Assembly: GCA_950097015.1 (NCBI GenBank) | Contig: CATNEN010000025.1 | Location: 2,480,001 to 2,544,000 of the forward strand | Length of the DNA: 64,000 nucleotides | From: Macrostomum hystrix | Lineage: Eukaryota > Animalia > Platyhelminthes | Direction of reading: 5' to 3' | Shown: in pieces, positions 49,118 through 61,434 of the stretch | Position numbering within the stretch: the first letter of the stretch is position 1 | Layout: every line of letters starts with the position of its first letter | The notes under the pieces: model-generated | Databases searched by the model: none | Seen by the model: only the letters and a program-made list of their open reading frames with translations | Told to the model about the DNA's origin: nothing | Translations under genes and position numbers: made by a program

Positions 49118-49589
49118 ACTCGTAAAATCTAGGTCATATGTTTTGGAACATCACCTGCACGTGGTCATCAAGTTATAAAAACCCGATGCATTGCTTAATG
49201 GCCAAGCTTAGTTGGCCTTTTAAAACTTGAGTTTGCTGGACTAACTCGAGCCGTAATTTCCTATTGAAAATGAGCAGAAAAATTCAAGCTTGCCTTTGAT
49301 GTAGGCAATAAATTTCACTCGTTAAAATATTTCTAGTATAATATGCAATTGTGCTGTTGCTTAATTTGGACTCAAGCGAATAAAAGTGAGCAAGAGTTAG
49401 ACCCCAATGATGAGAATTGTGACCCCGAGTATTCTGTGAGGCAAAGTGATGATTATTGCGAGTTGCGACTATACGATCATTGCACAATCTTGTCATTCGC
49501 GTTCAAGTAAAACAGAAGAAATTATGGAATAATAAAAAGTTTTATTACACAGTAGTTTGATAGATGGGGCATGGCCAGATCTAGCGACA

Positions 49590-50010
49590 GATCTGTTGCT
49601 TCGATTCCTGCTTCGATTCCTGCTTCGATTCCTCCTGCAATTCTTGCTTCGATTCCTACTGCGATTCTTGGTTCGATTTCCACTGCGATTCGTGCTTAGA
49701 TTTCTACTGCGATTCCTGCTTCGATTCCTACTGCGATTCTTACTTCGATTCCTACTTGGATTCGTGCTTCGATCCCCTCCTGCAATTTTTGCTTCGATTC
49801 CTACGGCGATTCTTACTTCGATTCTTACTTCGATTCCTACTTAGATTCGTGCTTCGATCCCCTCCTGAAATTCTTGCTTCGATTCCAACTGCGATTCTTC
49901 ATTCGATTCCTACTTCAAGTCACTGTAAATCTGTACTTCGATTCTTGCTTCGATACCTCCTGCGATTCCTACTTCGATTCCTACAGCGAATTCTAAGCTA
50001 CGATCTCCGA
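49590..50010. repeat. 12-bp degenerate minisatellite (CTTCGATTCCTA)
   Basis: Tandem repeats. Confidence 0.9.
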
Positions 50011-50636
50011 GCAATTTTAGACAAAGACTGCTTTTCAATCAGTACAAATGGTTAAGCCATATTTAACAATTCGAACACTAGATTTAAAACGTCGCGAGTT
50101 GAGCCCTACAAAGCACGCAAACTGGCTCAGAAACTTGGCTGCAGCAGCAGCAGCAGCAGCAGCAGCAGCGGCATGCCCACCCAGGGAGTTTCCTGGAAAG
50201 ATGTTTTAAAAAAGCGCCTCGGACCTACGCCACCGCAAGACAGGCTCTCGTCCGCGCCTCACCTTGGCGAACTCATTCTTTAACCCACCGCCGCTTAATT
50301 GGCCTGAGAAAGAAGGCTTCTTCTGCTACAATCTTCTTCTGCTAAGCAGCAGCAGGCAAAGGGGCCGGTGCGTGTAGTTGTGGCAGCCAATTGGACCCCA
50401 ACTCTCTCTTTCTCTCTCTGTCTGGACTAGAGATGGGCCAAAATTAAAAGCACGTGCACATGGAAAGGAGAAGAAGACGAAACAGAAGAAGACAGAGTCC
50501 ATATAATCGTAGTAGGCTTCAGGCCAGGACGAGCCCGAACCAACAAGTAGACAGTTGGCAGTGAGGCATTAAATTCTTGAATATTTTTTTCAGAAGCAGC
50601 CGAGGCAAATCTGATCCAGAGGAATCGGACATACGG

Positions 50637-51944
50637 ATGACGGCTGGCCGCGGTGGTGGAAGGCGGACAGTGCTTGTCTGCGCTGCGACAACCCTCGCGG
50701 CGGCGGCCTTGGTGCTAGCGATAACGGCGATTCTGCAGGTGAGGTGGTCTCCGTAGCAACAACAGGTGCAGCAGCAGCTTGAGCTCGATTCCACGGCGAG
50801 GAGGTCACATTAATTTGAGGGCCAACCTCCTAGGCACAGTAAAAGTGTACAGGGCAGACAGATGTGTGAGCTTGCAGCCTGCGTGCAGTATCTGTGTGCG
50901 TGTGTGCTCAGGAGTCAGCGGAATGGGCAGAATGGCCTCCTCGCTGGCTGCGGGTCCAGTGTCACCAAATCATTAACATAAGTTTTCGTTTGCGTCCGCA
51001 TGGCTTGGGCGCTTGTGGTTCAAACTAGACCCATCGGCGATTAAAAAAGCAGAGCCCTATGAAACGTCACTTCCCATCCTCCCTTTCGAAAGCAGCAGCG
51101 ACAGCAGCAGCAGCAGCTAGAGCAGCGTCTGCCACACTGCATCATCATCGGCGCTAGAAAGTGTGGCACCCGCGCCTTGCTCGACTTCCTCGACGCCCAC
51201 CCGAGCGTGGCGGCCGCCAAAAGCGAGATTCACTACTTCGACACCCCTGCCCGACTGAGAAGCGGCCCGGGCTGGTACCGCGGCCAGATGCCGCTGAGCC
51301 GGCCCGGTCAGCTGACTATCGAGAAGACGCCGGCTTACTTCGTCACCGAGTCGGCTCCGCGCCAGGCCCACAGGCAGATCGGCGATCATCTTCGCCTGCT
51401 GCTGATTGTTCGCGATCCCGTCACCAGGGTGATCAGCGACTATGCTCAGCATCTGCATAGGCGAGCGAAGTCGGGCAGGCCTGCTCAACGCCTGGAACGT
51501 CTGGTGCTGACTGGCCCGGGTCGAGTCAATCCGAGGTCCCGAATGATTCACACCTCCGTCTATCATCGACATCTGCAGCGCTGGCTGCAAGAATTTCCAG
51601 CAAAAAAATTACACATTGTTGACGGCGATAAACTAATTAGACAGCCACACACGGAGCTGCAGCTGGTTGAGCAGTTCCTCGGCCTGCCTGCCTACCTAAG
51701 CAATCCAGAAAGGTTCGTGTTTAACGCCACCAAAGGCTTCTACTGCGTAAAGTCCGATCAGGAGCGCTGCCTGGGAAGCGAGAAGGGCCGCCGTCACCCG
51801 GCCGTGTCGCAGCGAACCCTGACAAAGTTAAGAGAGTTTTTCCTGCCGCACGACACCGAATTGGTCAGGCTGACTGGGCGCCGGTTCTCCTGGATGCTTG
51901 ACGATTCTGTTGAGTTGCCCGACGATTCTAGAGCACTGCTCTGA
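50637..51944 (+). CDS. HS3ST: Heparan sulfate glucosamine 3-O-sulfotransferase (HS3ST1/5-like), 2 exons, about 317 aa
   Basis: Exon 1 50637-50738 (MTAGRGGGRRTVLVCAATTLAAAALVLAITAILQ, type II anchor, donor gtgagg). Exon 2 about 51093-51944 with RLPHCIIIGARKCGTRALL (5'-PSB), SEIHYFD, EKTPAYF, RDPVTRVISDY (3'-PB), FNATKGFYC and CLGSEKGRRHP. Confidence 0.92.
50815..50975 (+). mobile_element. SINE family B 3' fragment in the HS3ST intron
   Basis: GTGTGCTCAGGAGTCAGCGGAATGGGCAGAATGGCCTCCTCGCTGGCTGCGGGTCCAGTGTCACCAAAT is shared with the other family B copies. Confidence 0.75.
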
Positions 51945-51959
51945 CACTGTTTACAAGTG

Positions 51960-52400
51960 ACCATCTCTGATCTGACCAATCACTGACTAGATCTCTCATC
52001 TGACCAATCGCTGACAAGATCTCTCATCTGACCAATCACTGACCAGATCTCTCATCTGACTAATCACTGACTAGATCTCTCATCTGACCAATCACTGACT
52101 AGATCTCTCATCTGACCAATCACTGACTAGATCTCTCATCTGACCAATCACTGACCAGATCTCTCATCTGACCAATCACTGACCAGATCTCTCATCTGAC
52201 TAATCACTGACTAGATCTCTCATCTGACCAATCACTGACTAGATCTCTCATCTGACCAATCACTGACTAGATCACTCATCTGACCAATCACTGACATCTC
52301 TTAAATCTGACCAATCGCTGACCATCTCTCCCCTTACCATCTCTCCCCTGACCATCTCTCCCCTTACCATCTCTCCCCTGACCATCTCTCACCTGACCAT
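51960..52400. repeat. 28-bp minisatellite (CATCTGACCAATCACTGACTAGATCTCT) directly after the HS3ST stop
   Basis: About 12 good units followed by degenerate ones. Confidence 0.93.
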
Positions 52401-53049
52401 CACCTGATCAACTCCAGATGCTCCCATCTGACACATCCCATCCGTCTGACAGCATGCCTATATGCTTATAGTTACTTCCCAAACAAACAGTGGCGCCCCG
52501 CACGAAGGCCGCTTAATCGACTCGTTTAAATTCATACTTCAAACACCATGGACCCAAAATAATCTAGCCCATGCTAGTAACTATCTAAATTTATGTTATA
52601 AAAACTTGAAGGAATGTTTACCTTCCTCCGTACGGGGCAAAATGTCCACATGAAGCATAAATTAACAAATCCTAAAGTGAAATTTGTCTCAACGATCTTC
52701 TCTATAACATCAGTTAAGCCCATAGTTAAAAATATTAACGATAACATGCCGTTTATCTTTATATTTCACCAGCATCTTAGCGATTTCTAGCAGTAAGTTC
52801 ATTTTAGCGGCCGTCCTATGTAAAGATTTTCAATTACTCGTAATTCATGGAAATATTCTATTTTTATCGATTACGAATTATCGATACCAGTATAATGCTG
52901 CATACAAAATATATATTAATGCATATGTGAATAGTCTCTTTGTCAAAGTTAATTTCTCTCGCACTAAGTAAGTGTCTTTTTGTTTTAAAACTAGAAAAAC
53001 ATTTGTCTTTGGCTGACCGAAATTCCTAGAAAGAAAATCGAAATTACGA

Positions 53050-53732
53050 AGGCAACCTGTCAATCACAGTTAAGGCTTTCAACCCACCTGTCAATCACAG
53101 TTTGAGCTTCCAACCACCACCTGTCAATCACATTTTGAGCTTCCAACCCACCTGTCAATCACATTTTGAGCTTCCAACCCACCTGCCAATCACAGTTTGA
53201 GCTTCCAACCACCACCTGTCAATCACATTTTGAGCTTCCAACCCACCTGTCAATCACAGTTTGAGCTTCCAACCCACCTGACAATCACAGTTTGAGCTTC
53301 CTACCCACCTGCCAATCACAGTTTGAGCTTCCAACCCACCTGCCAATCACAGTTTGAGCTTCCAACCCACCTGCCAATCACAGTTTGAGCTTCCAACCCA
53401 CCTGACAATCACAGTTTGAGCTTCCAACCCACCTGTCAATCACAGTTTGAGCTTCCTACCCACCTGTCAATCACAGTTGGAGCCTCCAACCCACCTGCCA
53501 ATCACATTTGGAGCCTCCAACCCACCTGTCAATCACAGTTTGAGCTTCCTACCCACCTGCCAATCACAGTTGGAGCCTCCAACCCACCTGCCAATCACAG
53601 TTTGAGCTTCCAACCCACCTGTCAATCACAGTTTGAGCTTCCAACCCACCTGCCAATCACAGTTTGAGCTTCCAACCCACCTGCCAATCACAGTTTGAGC
53701 TTCCTACCCACCTGTCAATCACAGTTTGAGCT
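53050..53732. repeat. 31-bp minisatellite (AATCACAGTTTGAGCTTCCAACCCACCTGTC)
   Basis: About 22 units. Confidence 0.95.
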
Positions 53733-53761
53733 ACCAAGGGTTTAATTCGCCACTCCACTAG

Positions 53762-53975
53762 AACAGTTTGTGTCCATTAGCATCTGCATTGCTTCAGTTC
53801 AGCCAGCTGTTAAATGGGTATCAGCAACAGCTGGGGTAATTGAGGGTGGGTGTGGCGTCCCCCCAGTCCATGGACTGAACAACCGTACGCAGACCTCAGA
53901 TGCCCCGCGCAATAGCTGCGGCTGTGCTGTCGGCTGCATGCCTCGTCCAGTTGTGGCAGGTGTAATCGATTATTT
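53762..53975 (+). mobile_element. SINE family A, headless copy
   Basis: Near-identical to the central and 3' parts of the 34.2 and 55.9 kb copies. Confidence 0.75.
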
Positions 53976-54379
53976 ATATTACTATTTTTTACAACTATAT
54001 TATTAGAAGTCTACAGAAACACTACTTAAAGTAGTGTTTTCCTGGAAAAAAAATTGCCACGTGAAATAGAAATGATCACGTGCCTTTAAATTTAATTTCC
54101 TCCACAAAAACACAATATTGAACATTTGTAGTTTATTTCAACTACTAGTCGGCTTGTCCTAAAAGTAAAGATAATATAACAGGGTCTGAAACACTGTATA
54201 GTGCAGCGTGCAAATACTGACTACAAGTAGTTATCTAGAAAGTCATAAACGAAGCAATGCAATATTTTTTTATGTTTAGAAGCTTTTTTTTTGAAAAGCA
54301 GCAGTTTATGTCTCACAAAAGGTTCATTCACGTAAGCCATCCAATAGCTCGCTCTGGTGCATAAGAGTATTTACTTACT

Positions 54380-55550
54380 CGCACTTCAAAACGCACTCAA
54401 CCACCAATTACCGAACCTACTCAACAACCAACCATCAAACCTACTCAACCACCAATTACCGAACCTACTCAACAACCAACCATCAAACCTACTCAACCAC
54501 CAATTACCGAACCTACTCAACAACCAACCATCAAACCTACTCAACAACCAACCATCAAACCTACTCAACAACCAACCATCAAACCTACTCAACAACCAAC
54601 CATCAAACCTACTCAACAACCAACCATCAAACCTACTCAACAACCAACCATTAAACCTACTCAACAACCAACCATCAAACGTACTCAACAACCAACCATC
54701 AAACCTACTCAACAACCAACCATTAAACCTACTCAACAACCAACCATCAAACGTACTCAACAACCAACCATCAAACGCACTCAACAACCAACCAACAAAC
54801 GTACACAACAACCAATTACCAAACGTACTCAACCACCAATTACCGAATCTACTCAATAACCAACCATCAAACGTACTCAACAACCAACCATCAAACCTAC
54901 TCAACAACAAACCATCAAACGTACTCAACAACCAACCATCAAAACCAACCCAACAACAAACCATCAAACCTACTCAACAACCAACCATCAAACCTACTCA
55001 ACAACCAACCATCAAACGTACTCAACAACCAACCATTAAACGTACTCAACAACCAACCATCAAACCTACTCAACAACCAACCATCAAACCTACTCAACAA
55101 CCAACCATCAAACCTACTCAACAACCAACCATCAAACCTACTCAACAACCAACCATCAAACCTACTCAACAACCAACCATCAAACCTACTCAACAACCAA
55201 CCATCAAACCTACTCAACAACCAACCATCAAACGTACTCAACAACCAACCATCAAACCTACTCAACAACCAACCATCAAACGTACTCAACAACCAACCAT
55301 CAAACCTACTCAACAACCAACCATCAAACCTACTCAACAACCAACCATCAAACCTACTCAACAACCAACCATCAAACGTACTCAACAACCAACCATTAAA
55401 CGTACTCAACAACAAACCATCAAACGTACTCAACAATCAACTATCAAACGTACTCAACAACAAACCATCAAACGTACTCAACAACCAACCATCAAACGTA
55501 CTCAACAACCAACCATCAAACACCCTCAACAACCAACCACAAACGCCCAC
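54380..55550. repeat. 24-bp AC-rich minisatellite (CAACAACCAACCATCAAACCTACT)
   Basis: About 48 units. Confidence 0.95.
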
Positions 55551-55598
55551 AACAAGCAGTTATAAAACACACTGACCACGGACCAGCCGGACCATGTT

Positions 55599-57225
55599 TC
55601 AAGCCAAGAACTGGGCCCTATCGAGGCCCTCGCCAATTAGCGGTACAGTTGAGGCCAGAAACTTCAGCCAGGTTTGCCGGCTAGCAGAGAATTTCTCATC
55701 GCCAAATCGGTCATGCAAAACCGCTTCTAGGACGTCGTTGAGCGCCTGAAAATGGAAATTGCAAGTCTTCAATGTTTATTTTATGAAATGTGTCAATAAG
55801 ATCGAGTAATTTACTTTTTTTAATAACAACTAGCTTACACTCGTAAAAGTTCTATTTTTATTTTAAGGGGCTATGGTACGTAGCGTAGACACAAGTGGGT
55901 TGTAGCCTAGTGGTTAGTGCGGCGGATTCGCGACTTAAAGGTCGGGGGTTCGATTCCTGACTCTATTAGAACAATTTGTGACCTTTAGCAGCACACTTAA
56001 TTCTGCATTTTTTGAGTTCACCCAGCTGTTAACTGGGTACCAGCACTAGCTGGGGTAATTGAGAGTGGGTGTGGCGTCCCCCCAGTCCATGGACTGAACA
56101 ACCGTTCAGATGCGCAGCGCAATAGCTGCGGCTGAGCTGTCGGTTACATCTGTCCCAATTGGGGCAGGTGTAATCAATTATTAATACAATAATTTAGGCA
56201 CACACTCACACAGGTGTGTACAACTGTTTACACTTTTTTAATCTTCAGGCAGTGCACACTATCATTGTGCCTTGGGATTTGATTATCATGGGAGAAAATC
56301 ACACTACAAGCCTCCCCCCCAGCTGCGCAACAAATTAAAGGTGCCTCAACGCGGATTCGAGCTCGGGGACTTTGATCCTGGGCCACTCAGCCCATCACTA
56401 TTAATAACTGATGCCGCGAGATTCGCCGACCAGCCGCAGCGCTTCGGCGGAGGCCTCGGAGTCCGGGCTGTCTAATCCGGCGATCACAGAGTCCAGGGCG
56501 TTTACCACGCGCAGGCCGTGGGCACGCAAGGTCGGCAGATTGGCCAGCTCCGACTGGGCTCGGCCGCGGAAGTTGGAGAACTTGTCCTGCACCTCCGGGT
56601 AGAGCTGGAAGAGTCTGCGGCAGATGAAGACGAATATAAGACTCTAAAGTGGGATTTCTCGAAGTCCAAGAGAATCCCTTCCTGTTTTTTGAGGGAATTC
56701 TATGAGGGATTTCTATAGGATTTCCCTTGGCTGTTTCTAAGTGATTCCCCTAGCATTTTCAGTTGGAAATTTAAAAGGGATTCTCCTTGGGGCTTTTCCA
56801 AGAGATTCACCAGGGGGATTTCCGATGGATTTCCCCTAGGAAAGTTCCAAGAGATTCAACAGGGGGATTTCCAACCGATTCCCCAAGGGACTTTCCAAGG
56901 GATTACCCAGGAAAGTTTAAAATGATTACCCAGGGGACTTTCCAAAAAAATATCCTAAGGGATTTTCCAAGGGATTCCCCAAGGGATTTCTCTAGGAAAG
57001 TTCTAAGGGATTCCCCGGGGAATTTACAAAAGATTATAAGAGATTCTTAGGGAATTCCAGGTAATGCTCCACGTCGCTTCAAACCACTTCAACGATGCGT
57101 AAAATAATGCAGCTGTCTCACTTGATGAACACGGCTACACCGAGAGCGGTCTTGTCCCTGGTGGCAACAAGCCAGTCGGATCTAATAATTCTCTTCTCCT
57201 GCTTCGTCAGAGAAATCTTTGACAT
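55599..57225 (-). CDS. Globin, 3 exons with classic B12.2/G7.0 intron layout; exon 2 is lesioned (possible pseudogene)
   Basis: Exon 1 57225-57122 MSKISLTKQEKRIIRSDW...GVAVFIK. Exon 2 from 56614 LFQLYPEVQDKF...LRAHGLRVVNAL (CD1 Phe, E7 His) runs to a stop at 56401 with no good phase-0 donor. Exon 3 55745-55599 ALNDVLEAVLHDRFGDEKF...TWLKFL...IGEGL (G/H helices). Confidence 0.85.
55897..56175 (+). mobile_element. SINE family A, full copy in globin intron 2
   Basis: A-box GTAGCCTAGTGGTTAGTGC, B-box GGTTCGATTCC, CORE-like domain and 3' palindrome. Confidence 0.8.
56195..56393 (-). mobile_element. SINE family B, degenerate copy abutting globin exon 2
   Basis: Minus-strand GGGCTGAGTGGCCC...GAGCTCGAATCC head, CCCAAGGCACAATGA, CTGCCTGA and GTACACACCTGTGTG match family B. 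Confidence 0.6.
56690..57060. repeat. Degenerate GGGATTTCCCCAA-type repeat in globin intron 1
   Basis: Imperfect short tandem units. Confidence 0.75.
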
Positions 57226-57310
57226 TTTTCGGAATTTCAGTTTTCCTCTGAGCTACAGTGATTTTTTCATAGAAAGCGAAACTCAGCAGCAAAGATAACC
57301 AGGGGGTGGC

Positions 57311-57318
57311 TATATATA
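57311..57318 (-). promoter_or_regulatory. Putative TATA box of the globin gene
   Basis: TATATATA in GC-rich flanks about 90 bp upstream of the ATG at 57225. Confidence 0.4.
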
Positions 57319-57639
57319 CCCCCATTAGTTCGCATCAGCCTTGGCATGATCATGCCTCATTTCAGACCGCGCATGCGGGTATCTATGCCGGCAATTTTCT
57401 GACTTCCTGACTTCTTACCCGAAATCCTTTCAGGCGAAGATGAAAGGAAAATTTTAGGTCATTTTTTTGCCTCTAAATTAGAAGATCTAACAGAAGGTCT
57501 AACAGAAGGTCTAACAGCAAAGCAATAGTGTTCAATGACTGGAAACACTCGGTGACGGCTGAGTAGAGATAGATGAAGTGGGCTGTTGTAATGGAGATAA
57601 TGCAAGTTACATTCTGAAATGGCACCCACACATACTCCA

Positions 57640-58035
57640 CTCACACGAATAGAATCTCCACTGACACTAATAGAATCTCCACTGACACTAATAAAATCTC
57701 CACTGACACTAATAGATTCTCCACTGGCACTAATTGTGACGTTAACTTTTCTTTGTACCACCCCGTGGGGTCGGTGCTATAAATAGATGTGCGTAGTGCT
57801 GAGACGCCGTACGTTGTTTGGATCTCCGTGGCTCAACTTGGAGCTTGTGAATCGTATCTCTCAATCTTACTTGATTAAAAGAATACAACACTAATAGAAT
57901 CTCCACTGACACTAAGAGAATCTCCACTGACACAAATAAAATCTTCACTGACACTATAGAATCTCCACTGACACAAATAAAATCTCCACTGACACTATAG
58001 AATCTCCACTGACACTATTAGAATCTTCCCTGACA
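57640..58035. repeat. 21-bp minisatellite (CTGACACTAATAGAATCTCCA) in two blocks split by unique DNA
   Basis: Blocks at 57640-57735 and 57890-58035. Confidence 0.88.
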
Positions 58036-58114
58036 CCATTATTAGGTAGATTCGAAACAATGATCTTCTAGGAGACTACGCTAACCATCTCCCTCTTACA
58101 CGAGCTCCTATAAC

Positions 58115-58470
58115 CAGGGTAACTGGCAGAGCGGTTTAACGCGTTTAACACGAATGTCCCTAAGCTCGATTCCGCGGCGAGGCCACATTCATTTGGGGCG
58201 CAGCCGCGGAGAGAAGGCTTGGGGGGCTTGTCGTGCAATTTACACCCTTGAGGGCCAACCTCCAAGGCACAGTGAGAGTGTACACTGCCTGACGATGAGA
58301 AAGTCAGGGCAGATGTACACACCTGTGTGAGACTGTGCCTGCGTACGGTATCTGTGTGCGTGTGTGCTCAGGAGTCAGCGAAATGGGCAGAATTGCCTCC
58401 TCGCTGGCTGCGGGTCTAGTGTCACCAAATGATGTGCAGCCCTCCTGTAGTTATTATTATTATTATTAAG
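58115..58470 (+). mobile_element. tRNA-derived SINE family B, full copy
   Basis: Head GGGTAACTGGCAGAGCGG...GCTCGATTCC, internal hairpin, 3' stem-loop and (ATT)n tail at 58450-58470. Confidence 0.8.
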
Positions 58471-58654
58471 CTTATAAAGCTCTTCAAATTAGTTTTCAAA
58501 AACGTGTTGCTACTAGAACTTTAATTTTGATAACGACAAAAATACGTGTAAATCAATTAGAATTTGATTACCTGTAACCCATATTCTAATAATAGCAATA
58601 TATTAATTAATGTGAATCAAGGTTTATTAAAAATGTTTCGCAATGTCCCCCTGG

Positions 58655-60704
58655 TCACTTCTCAACACTGTTGATAGCTTTTCTCGGAACCAGCTTGTTG
58701 AATTCAATTTCATCTTCATCATTGTTGGCCTCGGCCTCGCCTTCGTGTTCGTCAGCAGCTGAGCCGCCCAGCTGACGGTGGAAGCACAGCTCGTAGATCC
58801 ATGAGCCCGCAGCGCAGCCGATGTACGGACCGAGCAGCGGCGCCCAGAAAGCTCGCGAGCCGGCCGCAGGCAGCACCTGCCAGCCGTAGCCAGCCAGGCA
58901 GGCGAACAGCCGCGGTGGGAAATCCCTGGCCGGGTTGAGGGTGCAGCCGGACACTGGCAGTGTGCATTGGAGCAGGCAGGTGGCCGACAGACCGACAAGC
59001 AGTGGCTGCAGGCCGCTCTGCACAGCCGAGTTCCGCTTGTCCGTCACCGCGCGAACGGCCAGCATGAAGGCGGCCGATGTGAACAGCTGATTGGCCAACA
59101 CGATGCCGAGGCCGGCTGACGGATGCGGCAGGGTGACGAACACGCTGGCAGTGCCGTTGGAGCCGAATGCGACTCGCCGGCCGCCGTCGACAATGTCCAG
59201 CATCGGCGAGTAGAAGGCGTAGACAGCGCCGGCTCCGGCGAACCCGCCCACGAACTGGGCGACCTTCGGGGATGCGAAGCGTTGGGATAAAAAGGGATCG
59301 TCGATTTGAAACGGTTTCGTTAATCCGATCCGTAATTCTAAATAAATGCATTAATCCGATCGATAATCCTAAATGAATACTTTGATCCGATCAATAATCC
59401 AAAAAAATATTTTATTCCAATCAATAATCTGAATTAAAGTTGTTAATCCAATAAAAAATCTTAAATAAATAATTTAATCCGATCAATAATTCGAATTAAA
59501 CAAGTTAATCCGATCCATAAGTCTAATAAAACATGTTAATCTGTATGTTACTTCGATAATTCCAAAATAAAAGGTAATCCGATCGATAATTCTGAATGAA
59601 ACGGTAATCCGATCGATAATTCTAAATGAAACGGAAATCCGATCGATAATTCTAAATGAAACGGAAATCCGATCAATAATTCTAATTGAAACGAAAATCC
59701 GATCGATAATTCTAAAAGAAACGGTAATCCGATCGATAATTCTAAATGAAACGGTAATCCGATCGATAATTCTAAATGAAACGAAAATCCGAAATTCTAA
59801 ATGAAACGGTAATCCGATCGATAATTCTAAATGAAACGGTAATCCGATCGATAATTCTGAATGAAACGGTAATCCGATCGATAATTCTAAATGAAACGGA
59901 AATCCGATCGATAATTCTAAATGAAACGGTAATCCGATCGATAATTCTAAATGAAACGGTAATCCGATCGATAATTCTAAATGAAACGGAAATCCGATCG
60001 ATAATTCTAAATGAAACGGTAATCCGATCGATAATTCTAAATGAAACGGAAATCCGATCGATAATTCTAAATGAAACGGAAATCCGATCGATAATTCTAA
60101 ATGAAACGGAAATCCGATCGATAATTCTAAATGAAACGGTAATCCGATCGATAATTCTAAATGAAACGGTAATCCGATCGATAATTCTAAATGAAACGGA
60201 AATCCGATCGATAATTCTAATTGAAACGGTAATCCGATCGATAATTCTAAATGAAACGGTAATCCGATCGATAATTCTGGATGAAACGGTAATCCGATCG
60301 ATAATTCTAAATGAAACGGTAATCTGATCGACAGTTCCAATCGAGTCAGGTAATCCCATCAGAATTTGAGCACTCACCTGATAGACCAGAAAGTCCATTA
60401 GCGACATTCGGCCCACAACCAGCATGGCCAGCGACACGGCCGGATTAACGTGCCCGCCAGACACGCCGTAGGCGGCGTAGACAGCCAGCGCCAGGGCCAG
60501 GCCGGACCCGATGGTGGCCATCAGGACGGAGGCGTCGTCGCCGCCGCCGCCGGAGCCGCCAGGATTGGCGTGTCGCGACACCAGACAGTTGGCAGAAGCG
60601 GACAGGCAGAGCGACACAAGCAGGAATGTCGCAATCAGTTCAGCAATGGCGACACGGCACAGTCTACTGCCGATGCGCAGGCGAACAGCTCTAAAGCTGG
60701 GCAT
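58655..60704 (-). CDS. Aquaglyceroporin (AQP3/7/9/10-type MIP), 2 exons, about 311 aa
   Basis: Exon 1 60704-60378 (AELIATFLLV, SGGHVNPAVS; donor CAG|gtgagt). Exon 2 59263-58655 (VAQFVGGFAGA, GCTLNPARDFPPRLF, FWAPLLGPYIG). Asp after the second NPA-R is the aquaglyceroporin signature. Confidence 0.93.
59340..60330. repeat. 30-bp minisatellite (ATCCGATCGATAATTCTAAATGAAACGGTA) filling the aquaporin intron
   Basis: About 33 units. Confidence 0.96.
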
Positions 60705-61434
60705 TTTCTCAGGCACTGTTCTAAAGTTCTCGCGCTAATTGGTATAATTTATATTCGCCGCTTTGCAGGTCAGATTATGCTAATTAAACTGTTTCTGATT
60801 AAAGCAACTGCCAGTCTGATTATACACAGAATAATGAAACTGGGCATTTTTATAGCCCAACATTTTAGTTGCGCAATTATAATAGTTTTGCTTAACACCC
60901 AAAAATAAAATCCGGTTGGATCCAGAAATTTCCTGAATTCTTTACAAGAACGAGAACTGTTTCGTAAATTAAAAAACAGAAGGTGAAAGCTCATGAAAAC
61001 TATTCATTCTTCGATTTGCACGTTGAAAATTTTGCTGTTTTTTGTTTAACCGAAAAAAATGCTTACTCATTTTTTTAGTTTTATGTACACTGCATTTATT
61101 TATGTACACCCAATAAGTGAATATTGTACTCTCACTATTTACCTTATAGAAGCAATAATTAAGCGAGATTTATATATAGACTAAAAATGCTTACAGAAAA
61201 TAGTTTTATAACTTACTAGATATTGGCCAACCAGAGGGCCTTCTTGTGATAGAAAAAAACTTATAAACGAAAGGCTGCATAGACAGCATGAGTAATGACA
61301 GTTAATTATAATAATTTATGCAGAGAGCAATTACCTGATCACCTTATAGGGTGCAGTACACGACAAATGTGGACTGCACGAGTGCTGGGCTAATTTAACT
61401 GCTTATGGATCATACGGTATTAGTGATGGAGCAA

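Noticed and set aside
43600-49178. Long MTSKLHNSLN / MFKLLCSLDV ORFs
   Set aside because: Translations of a 30-bp satellite that lacks stop codons.
54357-55565. 402-aa N/Q/P-rich ORF
   Set aside because: A 24-bp repeat open on both strands, with no non-repetitive domain.
55897-55975. tRNA gene (also 34220 and 660-720)
   Set aside because: The heads lack a complete cloverleaf and continue into shared SINE bodies.
58284-58312. CTGACGA-TGA-GAAA-GTC resembling a hammerhead core
   Set aside because: There is no stem II or stem III; it is a simple hairpin in SINE family B.
58395-58420. GCCTCCTCGCTGGC, identical to the HDV ribozyme P3/L3
   Set aside because: No P1 partner, P1.1 GG or P4/J4/2 in the correct order; the SINE 3' stem-loop explains the pairing better.
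59772-60377. C-terminal FRIIDRITVS extension of the aquaporin ORF
   Set aside because: Read-through into an intronic satellite past a canonical gtgagt donor.
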